64,000 bases of DNA, taken from contig NC_079165.1 of assembly GCF_947568905.1 (NCBI RefSeq), forward strand, positions 36,332,001-36,396,000. Direction: 5' to 3'. The notes beneath the pieces are model-generated. The model had not been told where the DNA came from, did no database searches, and was given only the letters and a program-made list of their open reading frames with translations. This stretch comes from Ostrea edulis (lineage: Eukaryota). A program made the position numbers and the translations under genes. Below are positions 36,612-50,034 of the stretch, piece by piece (position 1 is the stretch's first letter; every line of letters starts with the position of its first letter).

Positions 36612-39576
36612 AGTTTTCCCTTAAGGTGTTTTCTTTCCTTTTTAACCAAGCTACAATATGAAAGCTAGTGTTAGATTAAATCTAATCGCTGTCACATTTC
36701 AAGAATAAGTATTCTCTCTTTGTAAATATTTGGTATCAACTTAATGATTTGTTTAAATATTGGGTAAAGAATAAGATATCAGAGAAAATCCGTGACACAG
36801 TGAATTCTTGAATACAGAGATGGTATCGTTTTCACCAGATCTATTAACAAACACGAAAGTGGTCAACCTAATTATTTTCAATTGATATTTCTTTTATCTT
36901 TGATCGCTTTAAAAGAATTTGGAAGGATCATTGTGATTTAAATCCCATATTTTAAGACACTAGATTTACTACCGACAAGAAATACACATGTACTCTCTAC
37001 ATATCTTCAAATTCTGTAAAGTAAAGAAATCAGAAAATATTATCTGTATTCCATATTGCTTTGTTGTGTAAATCAATTAGCACTTAAATATAACATAGCT
37101 AAACATGCAATTCTTCAATACAGACAACACGTTAGAAACTGCTTGTAGGGATAATAATAAAGATGTGTCAAAAGTTTCGAGTAACTACCAAAAGTCGAAT
37201 AGTGACGATTAAATGAAACTACACAGTGACACAAGCCAACCGTGACAGTTTATTTGAATATCATTACGATGGTAAAGAACTGAAACACAAGTTTGATTTC
37301 TTTTATTTCATGAAAATATATTTCCCTCTTAGATTTGAGGTACTCCTGCAGACAGACGTTTTAGAACACAACAGAAGCTTTTAACCAAATCAGTTAAGAA
37401 TTTTAGGATCGTAAATGTCTTACCTTTTGCTTTTCGCTGTCTTTATTTATTCATCTTAAGACCCTAACACACGCTGGTCAATCTAAATTAATTATCCAAT
37501 ACCGACACCGTTTACTTGTAAATCCAAATTACTTTCACCAACAATGTTGCCCCTAAAAGTGCACTGCAATCATCGCTTCACTTGACACGGTCGTTTTATC
37601 GGCACTGCTACCTATCTCAGCTTATCGTTTTCAACCGTTAAACAAACTATCTTTTAAATGTATCCATTGTTCCAGGTCGTAACTCGGTGTAAGAGCAATT
37701 TTATAAATTTGAATTTCCTGTATGGAAGATTTTAAAATAGAAACTCCGGTAGATTAAATAAGAAGTAGCAGAGTAAATATTGGATTAAAATTTAATTCAG
37801 AGCGATATCTCTAATTCAAACATCAAAATTGCTAAGATCAAATAAAATCACAATAGGTCATTTTGATTAAGTGGATAATTTTGTTAAGACTTTCAACAAC
37901 AATTGTAAGGGAATGTCTCGGTGAGTTTCAGCTACTCGACATAAGAATTCAGATACATGTATCAATAACGTGTTTGCTGTGTATGATTAGTATGCTCATA
38001 TTTGCAAACACAACACTTTCCTCAAATGTTTGAAATTCTAAAGCTATTTAAGTTGCAAGTATCATAAAATTGTGATGTTCTCAAATAAAATCAACCAAGT
38101 ATTGCAATAGATAAATTTGTTCCAAATTATTAAGTGAACTTCTCTTCTCTCTCATTAGAAGAAAACGACACTGCCTATCTTCTGTCATTCCAACTTTCTG
38201 CTGTTGCATTCTGTAATTTTATCATGAAAACTATATTTGAAACTTAAATTGTTTGTTTATTAATGCGGGTTTCGGGTTATCTTTCTGCTAAACATCAATG
38301 CGTGATTTTATATTCTATTACTGGAAAGGCACCATAAACATTATCGACTTTTCTCCCCCTTTAAACAACAGAAATCAATTTCAGGGGAAATTAATGCACG
38401 ATGAATTATGTATGTGTGAATATCCAAAATAAAATCGTATAGTCTAATGATCTCTAAGCTTTCGATTGATCAGTGATTCTGGATTCCTTCAATCAAATGA
38501 ATAATTATGATTAACCAAACGTACTGAATAATATCAAATATTTATCACAGACTTTTAGTTGACGTAACTTTTGAAATACCTAGTTTAGAATCAAATTGAA
38601 GCAATTTTATAGACATGTACATTGTACCTGTAGTAAATACAGAATATAACCAGTTCAATCATTATTGACATTCTAACATGTTTGTCTTTTGAAAGACAGC
38701 ATTCAAGATAACCATCGGTATCATTAACGGACATATGACACGGAATAAATGAGGTCTAGTTGATAGAAAATCAGCGTGTCGTGTAAAACTAACCATTCAA
38801 ACGAAGTTCAATTTAAATATCTAGTAATCAAAACATGTAACGCTAGCTGTAAAAAAAAACATTCCCCGTTTCACATGAAACATCGATGGATAAAAGATGT
38901 TTAATTGAAATTATACCCCATCCGCAAAACATTTTGATATATCTAAGGTAAATAAAATATAGCAAACCTAAAGTGTTTTGATTGTAAGAACTGCCACCAT
39001 GAATTTGTTAAATATGGAAGTAATCATCAACCCCCCTATGTCCACTGTCATTAAACTGAGCTGGGTTACCTTAATCTAAGTTTAGTTTGTAGTGTCTTAC
39101 CTTAAATGTCTATCCTCTTAAAATCCGTATCTTTGTCTTTAACCCCTTAACTTTATACTCGATCATTTGTTGTAAAATAAAACGGATGTACTCGACAGTA
39201 TTGATATTTACACTAAACATTTTCGTCCTATTGATAAAACTTTTCAAAACAGACAGTGCTTAAACGTATCGTAGAAATCTTCGTTATTTAAAACTAGATT
39301 CCTATGCTACGGTAAATTGAGGTACTATAAATTACATATCAAGTCTTTGCATGACTTTATTTTGTAATTGAATATCTAATATACTGAGCCACAAAACCAA
39401 TTAAAACTAAGATGCCCTTATGGACATTACGTATGGGATTTAAATTCAAATAGCGACGTTGATTCATTATCATATTTTTTTTGGTCCGACCCATCTAATA
39501 GATCAAATATCTCATCAATAATTTACATAATGGAAAATTTCATTTCAGTGAGAAAATATTTTGAATCCTTTTCATT

Positions 39577-42500
39577 ATGGCTGTGGCAACGGGTAGAAAA
39601 ACATCTGCAAAACTGATATCAGTCAATTCAAACGAAGGATTAGTAAGCGAGAAGAGAACAACCAAAGATGTTCAAAGAGCGGCAATAAATAATGTGAACC
39701 AAACGTCCGATTCCAATAACAAACTTTTACCCTCTTCACCTACTGAAACAGTTGTCATTCCAATAGGTCCTGCATCTGATAAAATTCGACCTTGCTCAGG
39801 ATCATCCATTTTGAAGCGCAATGCTCGACCTTCATCTGGACATTCAGTAAAGTTTGTAGAAACAGAGACTATTATTGCAATACAGAACGCTTCGACTAGT
39901 TTTCCAATCAGTGAGAATACTAGTTCAAATTCAGATTTCAATACATCACTGGGGACCATTAATCAACAAAAACTGCTAAAAGTACTTAGTAATGCATCAA
40001 ACAAATCTTGCCATCAAACAGGTATTCCACCTTTAAGCAAAAACTCTCGTACAAGTTCTAAAACACAAACCTCACATGAAGGAATAGAAAATGATAGTAT
40101 ACCCACAAAAACTGATATGGCGATGGAACATGAACTTAACAATGGTATGTCTTCCCGAACACAGTATAACGTAGATGAAAATAACTGTGAAGAAAATTTC
40201 AAGAGCAGTACACATAATCATGAATCATTGGGCGCAAGAAAACTTGGATCCACTGGTGACAAAGCGGTGGTTAACACCGGAAATGACAGTGCTAATCAGC
40301 AGAGAGAACAAAAAGAAGACAAAAAGATGGCAATGAATTCAAAACCAGAATCCAACGACATTTCTTTGAATTCGTTAAATGAAAAAGGAGAATTAACGGG
40401 AGAAGAAATACAGATAGATAAAGGAAATGTAGAAGGTTCAGAAGAATACATTGAGGATATGCCAAACACATCTAATGAGAATATGCCAAATATATCATCA
40501 CATCAACCATCATTTGGAAGAACTGGAGAGAGAAAAACTCATACTCAAAGACAAGTCTCATTTCATCGGAAGAAAGTTATATACAACACTGATCTTTGCC
40601 CCACTGATGGTGACATGATAAGGGAGGGCTACTATCAAACTAAAGGATGTGAAATAGAGAGAAGACATATTCGACATAGAGATCTCAAAGAAATAATGGC
40701 AGAACAAACTGTGTCCGAGAATGAGGAAGTTCAGTTTCAAGATACCACAAATCTGAAAGGATATGAAAATAGAGACATCGAAAACAGAATACCTGATATA
40801 AGAACTGATTCTAATGAAATACCTTCCCAAGCAAAGAAAAGACTGCACGAGTTGTATAAAGAACTTAAAAGAGTTCGTGAAGAAATTGCACTGATGTATT
40901 CTCTTGAGGAGGCAGACAAAGAAAGGATGGAATGTGATAAAAATAGTAAAAATGATGATAATGGACACGAGCATAAGGGAAGCGGTGACAGCGAAGAGGA
41001 AATGAATGACTCAAAAAGTGTAGAAGTGGAGAGAGAAAATCAAGTCGTAGAAAGAATATCAGATAAAGACTCAGAAAATACAGAAGTGGAAAAAGAAAAG
41101 GAAGTAATTGATAAGATATCAGTTAAAGGCACTGAAAAGACAGAAGTGAAAAAAGAAACGGAAATCAATAATAGGATATCAATTAAAGACCCAGAAAAGA
41201 CAGAAGTGGAGAAACGAAAGGAAGGAACTGAGAAGATATCAGTTAAAGACACAGAAAAGACAGAAGTGGAGAAACGAAAGGAAGGAACTGAGAAGATATC
41301 AGTTAAAGACCCAGAAAAGACAGAAGTGGAGAAAGAAAAGAAAGTAACTGCGAAAATATCAGTTAAAGATAAAAAAGAGACAGAAGTGGAGAATGAAAAT
41401 GAAGTAATTAATAAGGTATCAGTTAAAGACCCCAAAAAGACAAAAGTGGAGAAAGAAAAGGAAGTGATTCTTAGGATATCAGTTGATGACTCAGAAAAGA
41501 TTGAAGTGGAGGAAGAGAAGGGAGTCATTGAAAAGATATCAGTTAAAGACTCAGAAAAGACAAAAGTGGAGACACAAACGGAAGAAGTTGAGAGGATATC
41601 AGTTAATGATTTAGAAAGGACAGAAATGGAGAAAGAAAAGCCGAGTAATGAGATGATGTCAGTTAAAGACTCAGACAAGACAGAAGTGAATAAAGAAAAG
41701 GAAGTAGTTGGGAGGATATCAGTGACAGAATCAGAAAAGAGAGAAGTGGAGGAAGAACCGGAAGTCGTTGAGGGGATATCATTTAAAGATTCAGAAAAGA
41801 AAGAAATGAAAAAAGAAAATAAAGTTGTTGAGAGGATATCAGTCATTACTACTGCAACTCCAACTATCCGTAAAGAGACAAACGACCTTAACAATGCTGA
41901 TGAAACTGCAGACAATCTAGATAAGCAAAATACTACAGAAAAACAGAAAGAGGACAGAACATATTTAATTTCTAAAATATGTTCAGAAAGAAACAAGGAA
42001 TCAGAAGATTTGGCAATGACAACTGACATACATATCAAAAAGGAAATTAAAGAGATTGATATACAAGAAAATATTGAGATCTCGGAAAGAGCAGATGAAA
42101 TGGAAAAAGTCATTCAGAACAAGGATAATACTGAAAGTTCTGAAAAATCAAATGCCTCAGATGAGGAAAAAGAAAATGTTTTCATTGAACGGGTTTCAAT
42201 CAGCAACAGTGATTCAGTAATATCAAAGAATGTCAATGATAAAAACGATTGTATTACCACAACTGATACTGAGGGGTGTTCACAGAGCAACACCAACTCA
42301 TTATCATTTATTGTTAATGATGCAAACAGCGATCTAAGTAACAAAAATGAAAATTTGAATGTAGAGAAATTTGAACAGAGTGAACTCAACGAAGGAGCCG
42401 TTCAAATAACAGGAGCTAGTGCAAGTTCGAAAGTACTATATCAAGACGATTCTGTAAAAGAATCAAAAGAACAAGACATTCCATTTGCTTTAGAGGAAGA

Positions 42501-42697
42501 CCAAGACCTTGACTGCGAAGTTAATCTAGACTTTGCCCTTGAGGAAATCAAAGAAAATATTTCAAAAGATCTAGTGGATATTGAAGAGATTCGAGAAAAC
42601 TTTTCAGATTCCGCTGTGATGATGTCCCCAATGAAAAGGGGAGATGATGACTATATTGATTATGATGATGATCTCTCTGACAACGATAGTCTCGCAG
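39577..42697 (+). CDS. DTHD1-like giant first coding exon (Glu/Lys/Ser-rich, 20-aa tandem repeats)
   Basis: 1056-codon open frame in AT-rich DNA. A phase-1 donor GCAG|GTGATG at 42697 matches the phase-1 acceptor at 42867. Confidence 0.8.
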
Positions 42698-45600
42698 GTG
42701 ATGCATCTTTAAGTACTGATACAAAATTATTAAATAGTAGCAAATAATGAACGAAGAACCCAAAGATATATAAGTAATCAGTTAAAATTCTGAATTATTT
42801 CACTTAAGTACTATATTTTTAATTGTTAAAGAATGAATTTCATATATGATAATTATTTACAATTAGATATCCCCAAAGTAGTCAACGACAAGACCCATAA
42901 GGAGACGACAAATGGTGCAAACAAAATCATAAAAGATATTTTGTGCAATATTAGTGACGTTGAAGAGAACAGGCAGTTCAGAAAAGAGTACGTTATGATT
43001 TCGATTGGATATGAAAATAAAGATATAACGAACAGTGATATGCAAATGTTTACTTCTTTGACACCATTTCCATCGCTCTCTATATGTATGCATTTTCTTA
43101 CAGATTTAAAACGATGACAGGGGAGCAGGAGGAAATGTCCTGTATTGTCTTTTGCAGTCCGGATGATTCGTACAATGTTGACGTAATCAGGGATATTAAC
43201 TGTATTAACATAGATCCGCTGATAGTTCCCTGTCTGGTCGGAGAGTATGAACTGTTGGTCAGCAGTATCACTCAACTTACTACTACAATGAGAGCAGAGG
43301 ACAGGGTAATATAGCGAGAAACAGATATACTCATAATGCCCACATAGTCCACTATATACATGCATAGTCCCACATCAATACCACTGTGCATCTGATTGCA
43401 ATACGGGAATTTCGAGTGAATCGTTATCTGACGTGGAATCTTGATCATCACTGAGAACTCGGATCTTTACAACTATAATTAGTTTGACCGTTAGGTACTC
43501 GATATTGCTTTACAAATGCATCAAATATACGTGCAGCTACACACAATTTTATAAGTACATCTATCATAAATAATCTAGTATGCTCAGTGGTAGTGCGTTC
43601 GCTTCGTAACCGGGAGGTTGTGAGTTCGAGCCCAGCTCGTGCTATGAAAACCTCATACCTAAGACGTTAACATAAGTTGGGATTGCTCCTTAGCCAAACG
43701 CTCGGCATTTAGAAGTGAGAACCACGGGCCTTTCATATATGACCTTAAAACGGAAGTCCCCTATCGCGTAAGGCATTGACGCATTATGATTAAAGAACTA
43801 TCACTGCCACGGCCCTGAGCGCTACAAATAGGTCTAAACTTATGATACTTCACCTACAGCTGGTGAAATTATCGACGGGACGTAAAACAATCAAACAGTC
43901 ATCTAGTATAATAATTATATTATTCAGTACTGGAAGTGCTAAATGAAAGATGAAAACAACGAACAGCGACCAATTTCATAACTCCAATACAAAATAGAGA
44001 ATTGGACAAACACGGACCCCTGTCACACCTGCCGTGAGCCCTATATCTTGATCAGGTAGACGGAGTCCTCCGTGGTCAAATTCAGCGCGCTAAGAACGGC
44101 CTAAAATCATTATGAGACAAGTCGGACAACATTTGACCTCAATGATAGGCTGTATTGGCAAACTAGATTGTTATAACGACCATATAATTTGCAATATGTT
44201 GACTTTAAACGACTCTTGAAACCCCGGCATCATCAACTTGTTTGTCAGTAGCCTGCCTCGATTTAAAATTGTTCATACGCAGAACAAGCTCTTGGGTATC
44301 GAATCAGTTGAAAAATATAAACACGTCATGCAGGTGATAATGGAATATTGTTACATAAATATGGGAAGTTGACGATGACGATTTTTACATATGGCAGATG
44401 CTCCTTATAAATATTTATTTGCTAGTTTCAACTGAGTATCAATAGCATAAATAGATGTTATTGAAATGTATAAAAACTATATGCCAAGTTTGACCCCGCC
44501 CTGGATTCAAAACCTCTACCTTGGGGATCATAAAATTTACAATTTCCTAGGATCTTTCCAGTTCTACTTGACTATGCATTAGTTTTTCTTACAGATGTGC
44601 GGTTACACAAAAAAGTTCTGAAATTGGTAAAGTTTAGGCAGTTTTTGTCCGACCCCCCAATTAGGGCCCCTCAGGAGCAGGAGTCCTGAAGTTTAAAATT
44701 TATGTTGCCCATGGCTGAAAGATGCTTCATACTAAATTTGAAAATAATTAGAAGGGAGTTGTCAAGATGTTAAAAAATGTTAACTCACGACAGACGACGG
44801 ACTCAGAGCAATAGCAGCAGGTCTTCGGAGTGACTCAGGTGATGTAATAAGTGACTAGGACGTCATATAACTAGCGAACTGTGAGTTTGGAGGTCTTCAT
44901 CGTAGGTTGTTGGTATTTACCTTAATTTCCCTGCGTTGAGTCAGATAATATTCATGCAAGCGAAACTTCGTGTATGGTTGCATTTCTGCAAGTAAAGTTA
45001 AAATAGAATGCAACATCGAAATTAAATTCAATGTAATAAACATTTTTCATTCATACAATATGCATTCACACAATGCCATGCATTAAACCTACAAAGATGT
45101 TCTTGCTCCGTGGCCGAGTGGTTAGAATATCGCGCTCACAATCACGCGGTCTCTCACCTCTGTCGGCGCGGGTTCGAATCCCGCTCGCGCAGACAAGTGA
45201 GAAGTTTCCCAGTTTACTTTCGGAAGGTCAGTGGTCTCTTCCCAGGTACATTGTATCTGGGTTCTCTCTTCCACCAATAAAAACTGGGCGCCACCAGATA
45301 ACTGAAAAATTGTTGAGTGTGGCGGGAAACATCAATCAATCAATCAATCAATCTACTTGTATACATTTGTGTAGATATACATATGCTAAATAAAAACCAT
45401 TGCTATTGTTACAATTTGGGATATGGATTTGAAACTTTTTCTAATTTGATATTTCTTTTGATGTTAGAAAATGAAGTTGAATGTCCGTCTTCCATTCATG
45501 AAATCTGAGATGAAGTACTTCCATTGTCCTATATTACGATGGCTTGCTCCAAATAGACAGTGGGTCGATATTCCCTCAGTTGAATACCTGTACGAAGATG

Positions 45601-48600
45601 AAGAAGGTTGTGTAAGTAGAATTGTTATCATCGCGATTGATAGTGGTAAAATATTTCTGATGAGAATGAACATGGGATTTTCTTTTTTACGTTTTCGCAG
45701 ATTTTACCTATATTAGAGGCTGATATCAAGCAGTTGGGGATATTCGCCATTGTTGCAGCAGTTATCAAAGAACACTTTGTGTTTGGCTACAACGTTCACG
45801 AGGTGTCATCCGCTGTAGACAGAGAAACTGTGCTTGCGGGATCATACTGTCCCCGATTCTATACAACAGAAACAAAGGCTGATTTGATGGTACATGTACA
45901 AATACAACCACAAATATCTAAACAAAAAATATGATCTTCATATGATCCTTGAAATACCGTGTTACTCTCATAACTACGTAACGTGTAAATTACTTTGCGC
46001 TTACTTGTTATTCCTCAGGTGATTCCAATCGAAAGATCGGTGATTGATGATTCAAAAACTCCAGATGTTGAAGACTCCTCTCTAATGGTTTCGTCTAGCG
46101 CTCTCGTAATCGTGGACCTCTTGAATGATCCTCCGCAACCCTTGACTCTTTATATCCTTTGCAGCAAACCGAAATCAAGGCCATGGACAGCATCCATGAC
46201 GTCACGGATAGGTACAGCAGAATCGGGATATCTTTCTGGTTCACGTATTGTTTCCAGGGCGAAATCTAGGGAGTCGATCAACCATTTCCTAGGTAATTGT
46301 TAAGTTAAAAGTAGAAGTATAATGAAGAATAATTTCACCTTATTGGTTCTTAAGCAATCCATGATTAATGATAGATATGATCTTCAACCTTTGTTATGAA
46401 ATGATTCTCATACCATTCGATTACATATAGACGCAAGATTGTGATATGGAAATACTTGTTTGATACCATTTGTTCCAAATATTTAAACACTGCCAGTTTG
46501 TAAGTGCAATATACCGAGGTGTTATTATTCACCAACGTATTGCAAGAAACAAAGAAATCATGTACATGAAACAGAAGGGATCTGGTGCATGGTTGCAGCT
46601 ACAGTGAAAAAAGATCGACGTTATATACCACTCCATGTGCTTCAAAACACATTGGTTGAAGACAGCGACTGCTAAACCCATCACCATTCGCTAGAATATC
46701 AAATATTTATACATATATGTTGCTACTACAGAATGTTGGTATGACTCGGACAACTACCTTGTACGGATGGGAGGAGGTTGTCTAGGTGTCAAAAGTGTGG
46801 TTCTTCAAAAGAAAGACCTCACCAAAGATGACAAAATCCAAGTTACTCTACACGAAAAACACAACAAGTGAGGAATTGCTTTATTGATGACTTTTTATAA
46901 ATACATGTACATGTAAACTTGTATATCTATAAACAGTGTTCGAATGTATCGTACATCTAAAGAATAACAGTGATATTCTTTAAAATTATCCATTGGCATG
47001 TTTTATGGCATCGTCGGATACATTTGATGTTGTGCTTTTAAACTCGCAAATAAAACGTCATAAAATATGCAAATTCGTGAATTAGAAACGATCAGTCAGG
47101 ATGTTAGACAAGAATTTCAAACTTTACATTATTATAAAATAACATTATCAGTTGGCCGTCCATGCCCTGGAAAATATGTAAATTTTGTTTGAAACGACCA
47201 TAAGGGTTTAACAAGTTGTTGACATAAAAAAAAATCGAAAAGTCGTCCATGTTTGTTTATTTCAGAAAGCAGGTATTGACAGCAAATGCATTTATGCGGT
47301 GTACATTTTTAATGCTAACTCTTGCATGTGTTTTGCTCATAAATCTTTCAAATTTTGTAATAGGTACTTAATTGTTGAGATGAAAAAGGAGGCCAGACGT
47401 CCAGATGTCAATACAGTTGTTGCTAATCTTTTAAAGACGCTCAAAGAACACAGGATATATGTTTGTGTTGCTCAACGTCGAGATGATCCCCGACGTATCA
47501 GGGTGTCCTGTGATCTAAAGGTCAAGGTCACTACTAGAATGATTCATCGATTAGAAAGGGACCATTACATTAGAAGGACCCTTATTCACGCTAAAGAAGG
47601 TGACGTAATCAGTGTCGGATTGCGAGGGAATATAACTACCATTCCTAACAGGAAAAGAATCTTTCGATTTTACGCTTTAAATGGTTTTGTTGCCGATTGG
47701 GAAATTCAGGTAGTGGATTCATACTATCAACGATCTTTACAACAGTATTGTGGATTTCTTCAAGTTTTCCTCTGCATGTGTAACAGCTTCGAAATCACCC
47801 CGATATCTGGGTACGAGGAGTATGTGAAGTGGAAACTTTTAATCGAAATTCCCGTTACCCTACCAAAAGACACTTCTCTGTACGATTATGAGAAAATGTC
47901 GAGATCACGTATTCATATATGTAACAAAGGTAAACATACAAATTACATGTTCTAACCTTTCATATTTTCTTGTCATGAATTTTCTGCATTATACCTCTAT
48001 TCAAATCAAAGACGCCAAAGACATGAGATATGAAAGAGAGAACACATTCATATATAGATGACACTTAAAACTTAGTTTATATTACTTTATTCCACAGGTC
48101 CGATTACTGTCGAGTTTCTGCGTTCATTCGCTAGACTGGTTGGTAGGGAATGGTATAACTTAGCACGTGGTCTTCGCTTAGAACATGTGAGAATTCAATC
48201 CATTGCACAACAAAACAAGAGGTGTTCATTGGAAAGTCTTGTCTATGACCTACTGCTAACATGGTTGAAAAGATCGTGTCATACCAGTGACAAGGTAGAT
48301 GAATTGCAACAGTGTTTAAACATTTAATTTGTTATATCATTCAATTAAGACATCCCGTTTTACTTCTGAAAAAATACCAGAGAAATACTCGTTCATCTAA
48401 AGAAATCCTCGTGCGTGTGAATCTGTCTCACAGGAAATTACTACTAGTTATGAAATGGCCATTGCTGATTTTTTTAGGCTGTGCTATTAGCATCTGCTTT
48501 GAGGAAGAGTGGAAGGATTGATCTTGCAGAGGAGATCAGTGAATTGGACAGGTCTTATAAGCTCGACTATTATAAAATTATCAATGGTAATATTTTGCAC

Positions 48601-49186
48601 TGTAAAATATATTATAAATTCTTCTGATTAAGTGATTGTTTGGGGTGTTCAAGATGTTTAGTGAATTCATATCCTTTCCACAATCTACAAATATTCCACG
48701 ATTCATTATATATTTTGATACAGATCACAGAATGGACAAAGCCATATATCTTGCCAGCAAAAGTCGTGCCATATTGAAATCATGGCGATACGTAGGGACC
48801 GTTCTTCAGTTAAGTCAGGAGGACATCGACGAAATCGATACGACTGAATCAAACGAATTGCAGAAATGTAATAGAATGATGAAGCTATGGAGAAGTCGTG
48901 AAGAACCACATCAGGGTCCTCAAAAGCTGACTTTGCTATTGAGAAAGGCGGGGTTTGGTTACGTGGCAGGTACATTAGCATAAAGAATTTATCATAGAAT
49001 GTCGATCAGATAAAGGAAAACTTTTTTAAATCAACGATTTTGCGTAAAGAAATACTTTTTAGAATGTTCTACTGTCTATAGATAAAGTATTTATATTTTC
49101 ATATTTCAATTAAAGGTAAAGAATATACTCTTTTTTCAGATCACATTGCCGTGGCTACGAGATGGAGGCCAAAGACCAGTATATAG
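39577..49186 (+). CDS. Death domain-containing protein 1-like (DTHD1-like): long acidic repeat N-terminus, ZU5-ZU5-UPA, two death domains; about 1783 aa
   Basis: Exons 39577-42697, 42867-42987, 43104-43305, 45468-45611, 45701-45889, 46019-46292, 46732-46867, 47364-47929, 48098-48294, 48478-48586, 48724-48969, 49140-49186. All junctions are GT-AG and in phase (5352 nt). ZU5-like ELLVSSITQL...KLNVRLPF; UPA-like region ending LLIEIPVTLPK; death-fold helices GREWYNLARGLRL...LLLTW and SWRYVGTVLQLSQEDIDEI...MMKLW. The join between exon 1 and exon 2 is the least certain. Confidence 0.75.
41056..41844 (+). repeat. Coding 60-bp (20-aa) tandem repeat, 13 full units
   Basis: Consensus ISVKDxEKTEVEKEKEVxEK; unit starts every 60 nt from 41056 to 41836 with no indels. 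Confidence 0.95.
42867..43305 (+). CDS. DTHD1-like exons 2-3 (42867-42987, 43104-43305), start of ZU5 domain 1
   Basis: DIPKVVNDK...QFRKE|FKTMTGEQEEMSCIVFCSP...EYELLVSSITQL. Confidence 0.75.
43577..43896 (+). mobile_element. tRNA-derived SINE, near full length
   Basis: A-box GCTCAGTGGTAG, B-box GAGTTCGAGCCC, tail GGGACGTAAAACAATCAAAC. Confidence 0.75.
43945..44400 (-). mobile_element. Older, diverged Penelope-like 3' end
   Basis: Reverse-complement homolog of 34236-34731 with an internal deletion in the tail. Confidence 0.7.
45105..45353 (+). mobile_element. tRNA-derived SINE (second family) with (AATC)n tail
   Basis: A-box TGGCCGAGTGG, B-box GGTTCGAATCCC; homologous to 56337-56587 and 21060-21202. 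Confidence 0.85.
45468..46867 (+). CDS. DTHD1-like exons 4-7 (45468-45611, 45701-45889, 46019-46292, 46732-46867), ZU5 domains
   Basis: KMKLNVRLPF...LRW...WVDIP; LEADIKQLGIFAIVA; PQPLTLYILCSKPKSRPWTA. Canonical splice sites. Confidence 0.78.
47364..47929 (+). CDS. DTHD1-like exon 8, UPA-like domain
   Basis: AQRRDDPRRIRV...AKEGDVISVGLRGNI...YCGFLQVF...LLIEIPVTLPK. Confidence 0.85.
48098..49186 (+). CDS. DTHD1-like exons 9-12, two death domains and stop
   Basis: 48098-48294 plus 48478-48586 encode DD1 (ends ALRKSGRIDLAEEI); 48724-48969 encodes DD2; 49140-49186 is DHIAVATRWRPKTSI*. Confidence 0.82.
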
Positions 49187-50034
49187 ACATTATATGTGAC
49201 CAATGGTCAAGATAAACTGTGTAAATGATTTAAATGTACTCACGCGATTGGTTGTTTTTCCAAGGAATGTAATATTGATATGCAGATCGAGAAACTGAAT
49301 AAATGTACCAAAATTGGAAAATATTTATTGCATGTACGCTTATGATATAATTACATCATTAGTAGTCAGGATCCTGACCACTAATGCAGCTTTATATCAT
49401 TAATGGATATTGTATCATTAATGGTTACTACGACGCTTTGTGATTTGGGTTCCATTCAAAATAGGGAAACATAATTTCATATAGTTACATACATTCACAG
49501 TGTAAAAAGTTTTCAAAAATCTTTTTCTCATGAAAAGGTAAGTTATGGTTAGTCGTGTTAATGGGTATTGTAGATTCCAGTTCATTGAAATCATGGTGCT
49601 GATTATTTTGAAAACCTTTTTAAGAACAGCAGGGATATAATTAGTCATGATAATATGCCAGCACCCTCAGGTAGTACAGATGTTCAATCCTTGGACAGGG
49701 ATTTAGGATGGGATCAAAGTTTTACCTAAGAATTCAAAGAGAAAATCTTTATAACTCATATTCATAATAGCAGCAGGGCTAAGATAAGAATTTCACAGAT
49801 TTGGTAGAATGAGCATTAACTGTAATCAATATAATCATGCAAATATTTTAACCTCCTACCTGTTCAGAGTTAAAGATGATTTTCTAAGATATATTGTATG
49901 TATGGCCAACTTAGCTGTACCCTAGGACAGGTACCCTCAATGAAGTTTTTAGTATTAGCAAAAGGCTCAATGTTTATCATGTTCATGCTTATAGTTTGAC
50001 TGCTTGATGTCCAGAAAAAACGCGGAAGATTTTG

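Noticed and set aside
41040-42389. 357-aa and 91-aa antisense ORFs (Ser/Phe/Thr-rich)
   Set aside because: Shadow frames of the purine-rich sense exon; they simply mirror the 60-bp repeat.
44906-44990. Extra DTHD1-like exon VVGIYLNFPAL...
   Set aside because: Weak acceptor and wrong exit phase. Joining 43305 directly to 45468 gives the expected ZU5 pattern.
45105-45185. tRNA gene (also 43577-43640 and 56510-56585)
   Set aside because: A/B boxes are present but continue into shared SINE bodies and microsatellite tails; there is no complete acceptor stem.
46573-46675. Alternative exon EGIWCMVAATVKK...
   Set aside because: No pyrimidine tract and it ends in a stop. The 46732 exon keeps the frame into the UPA exon.
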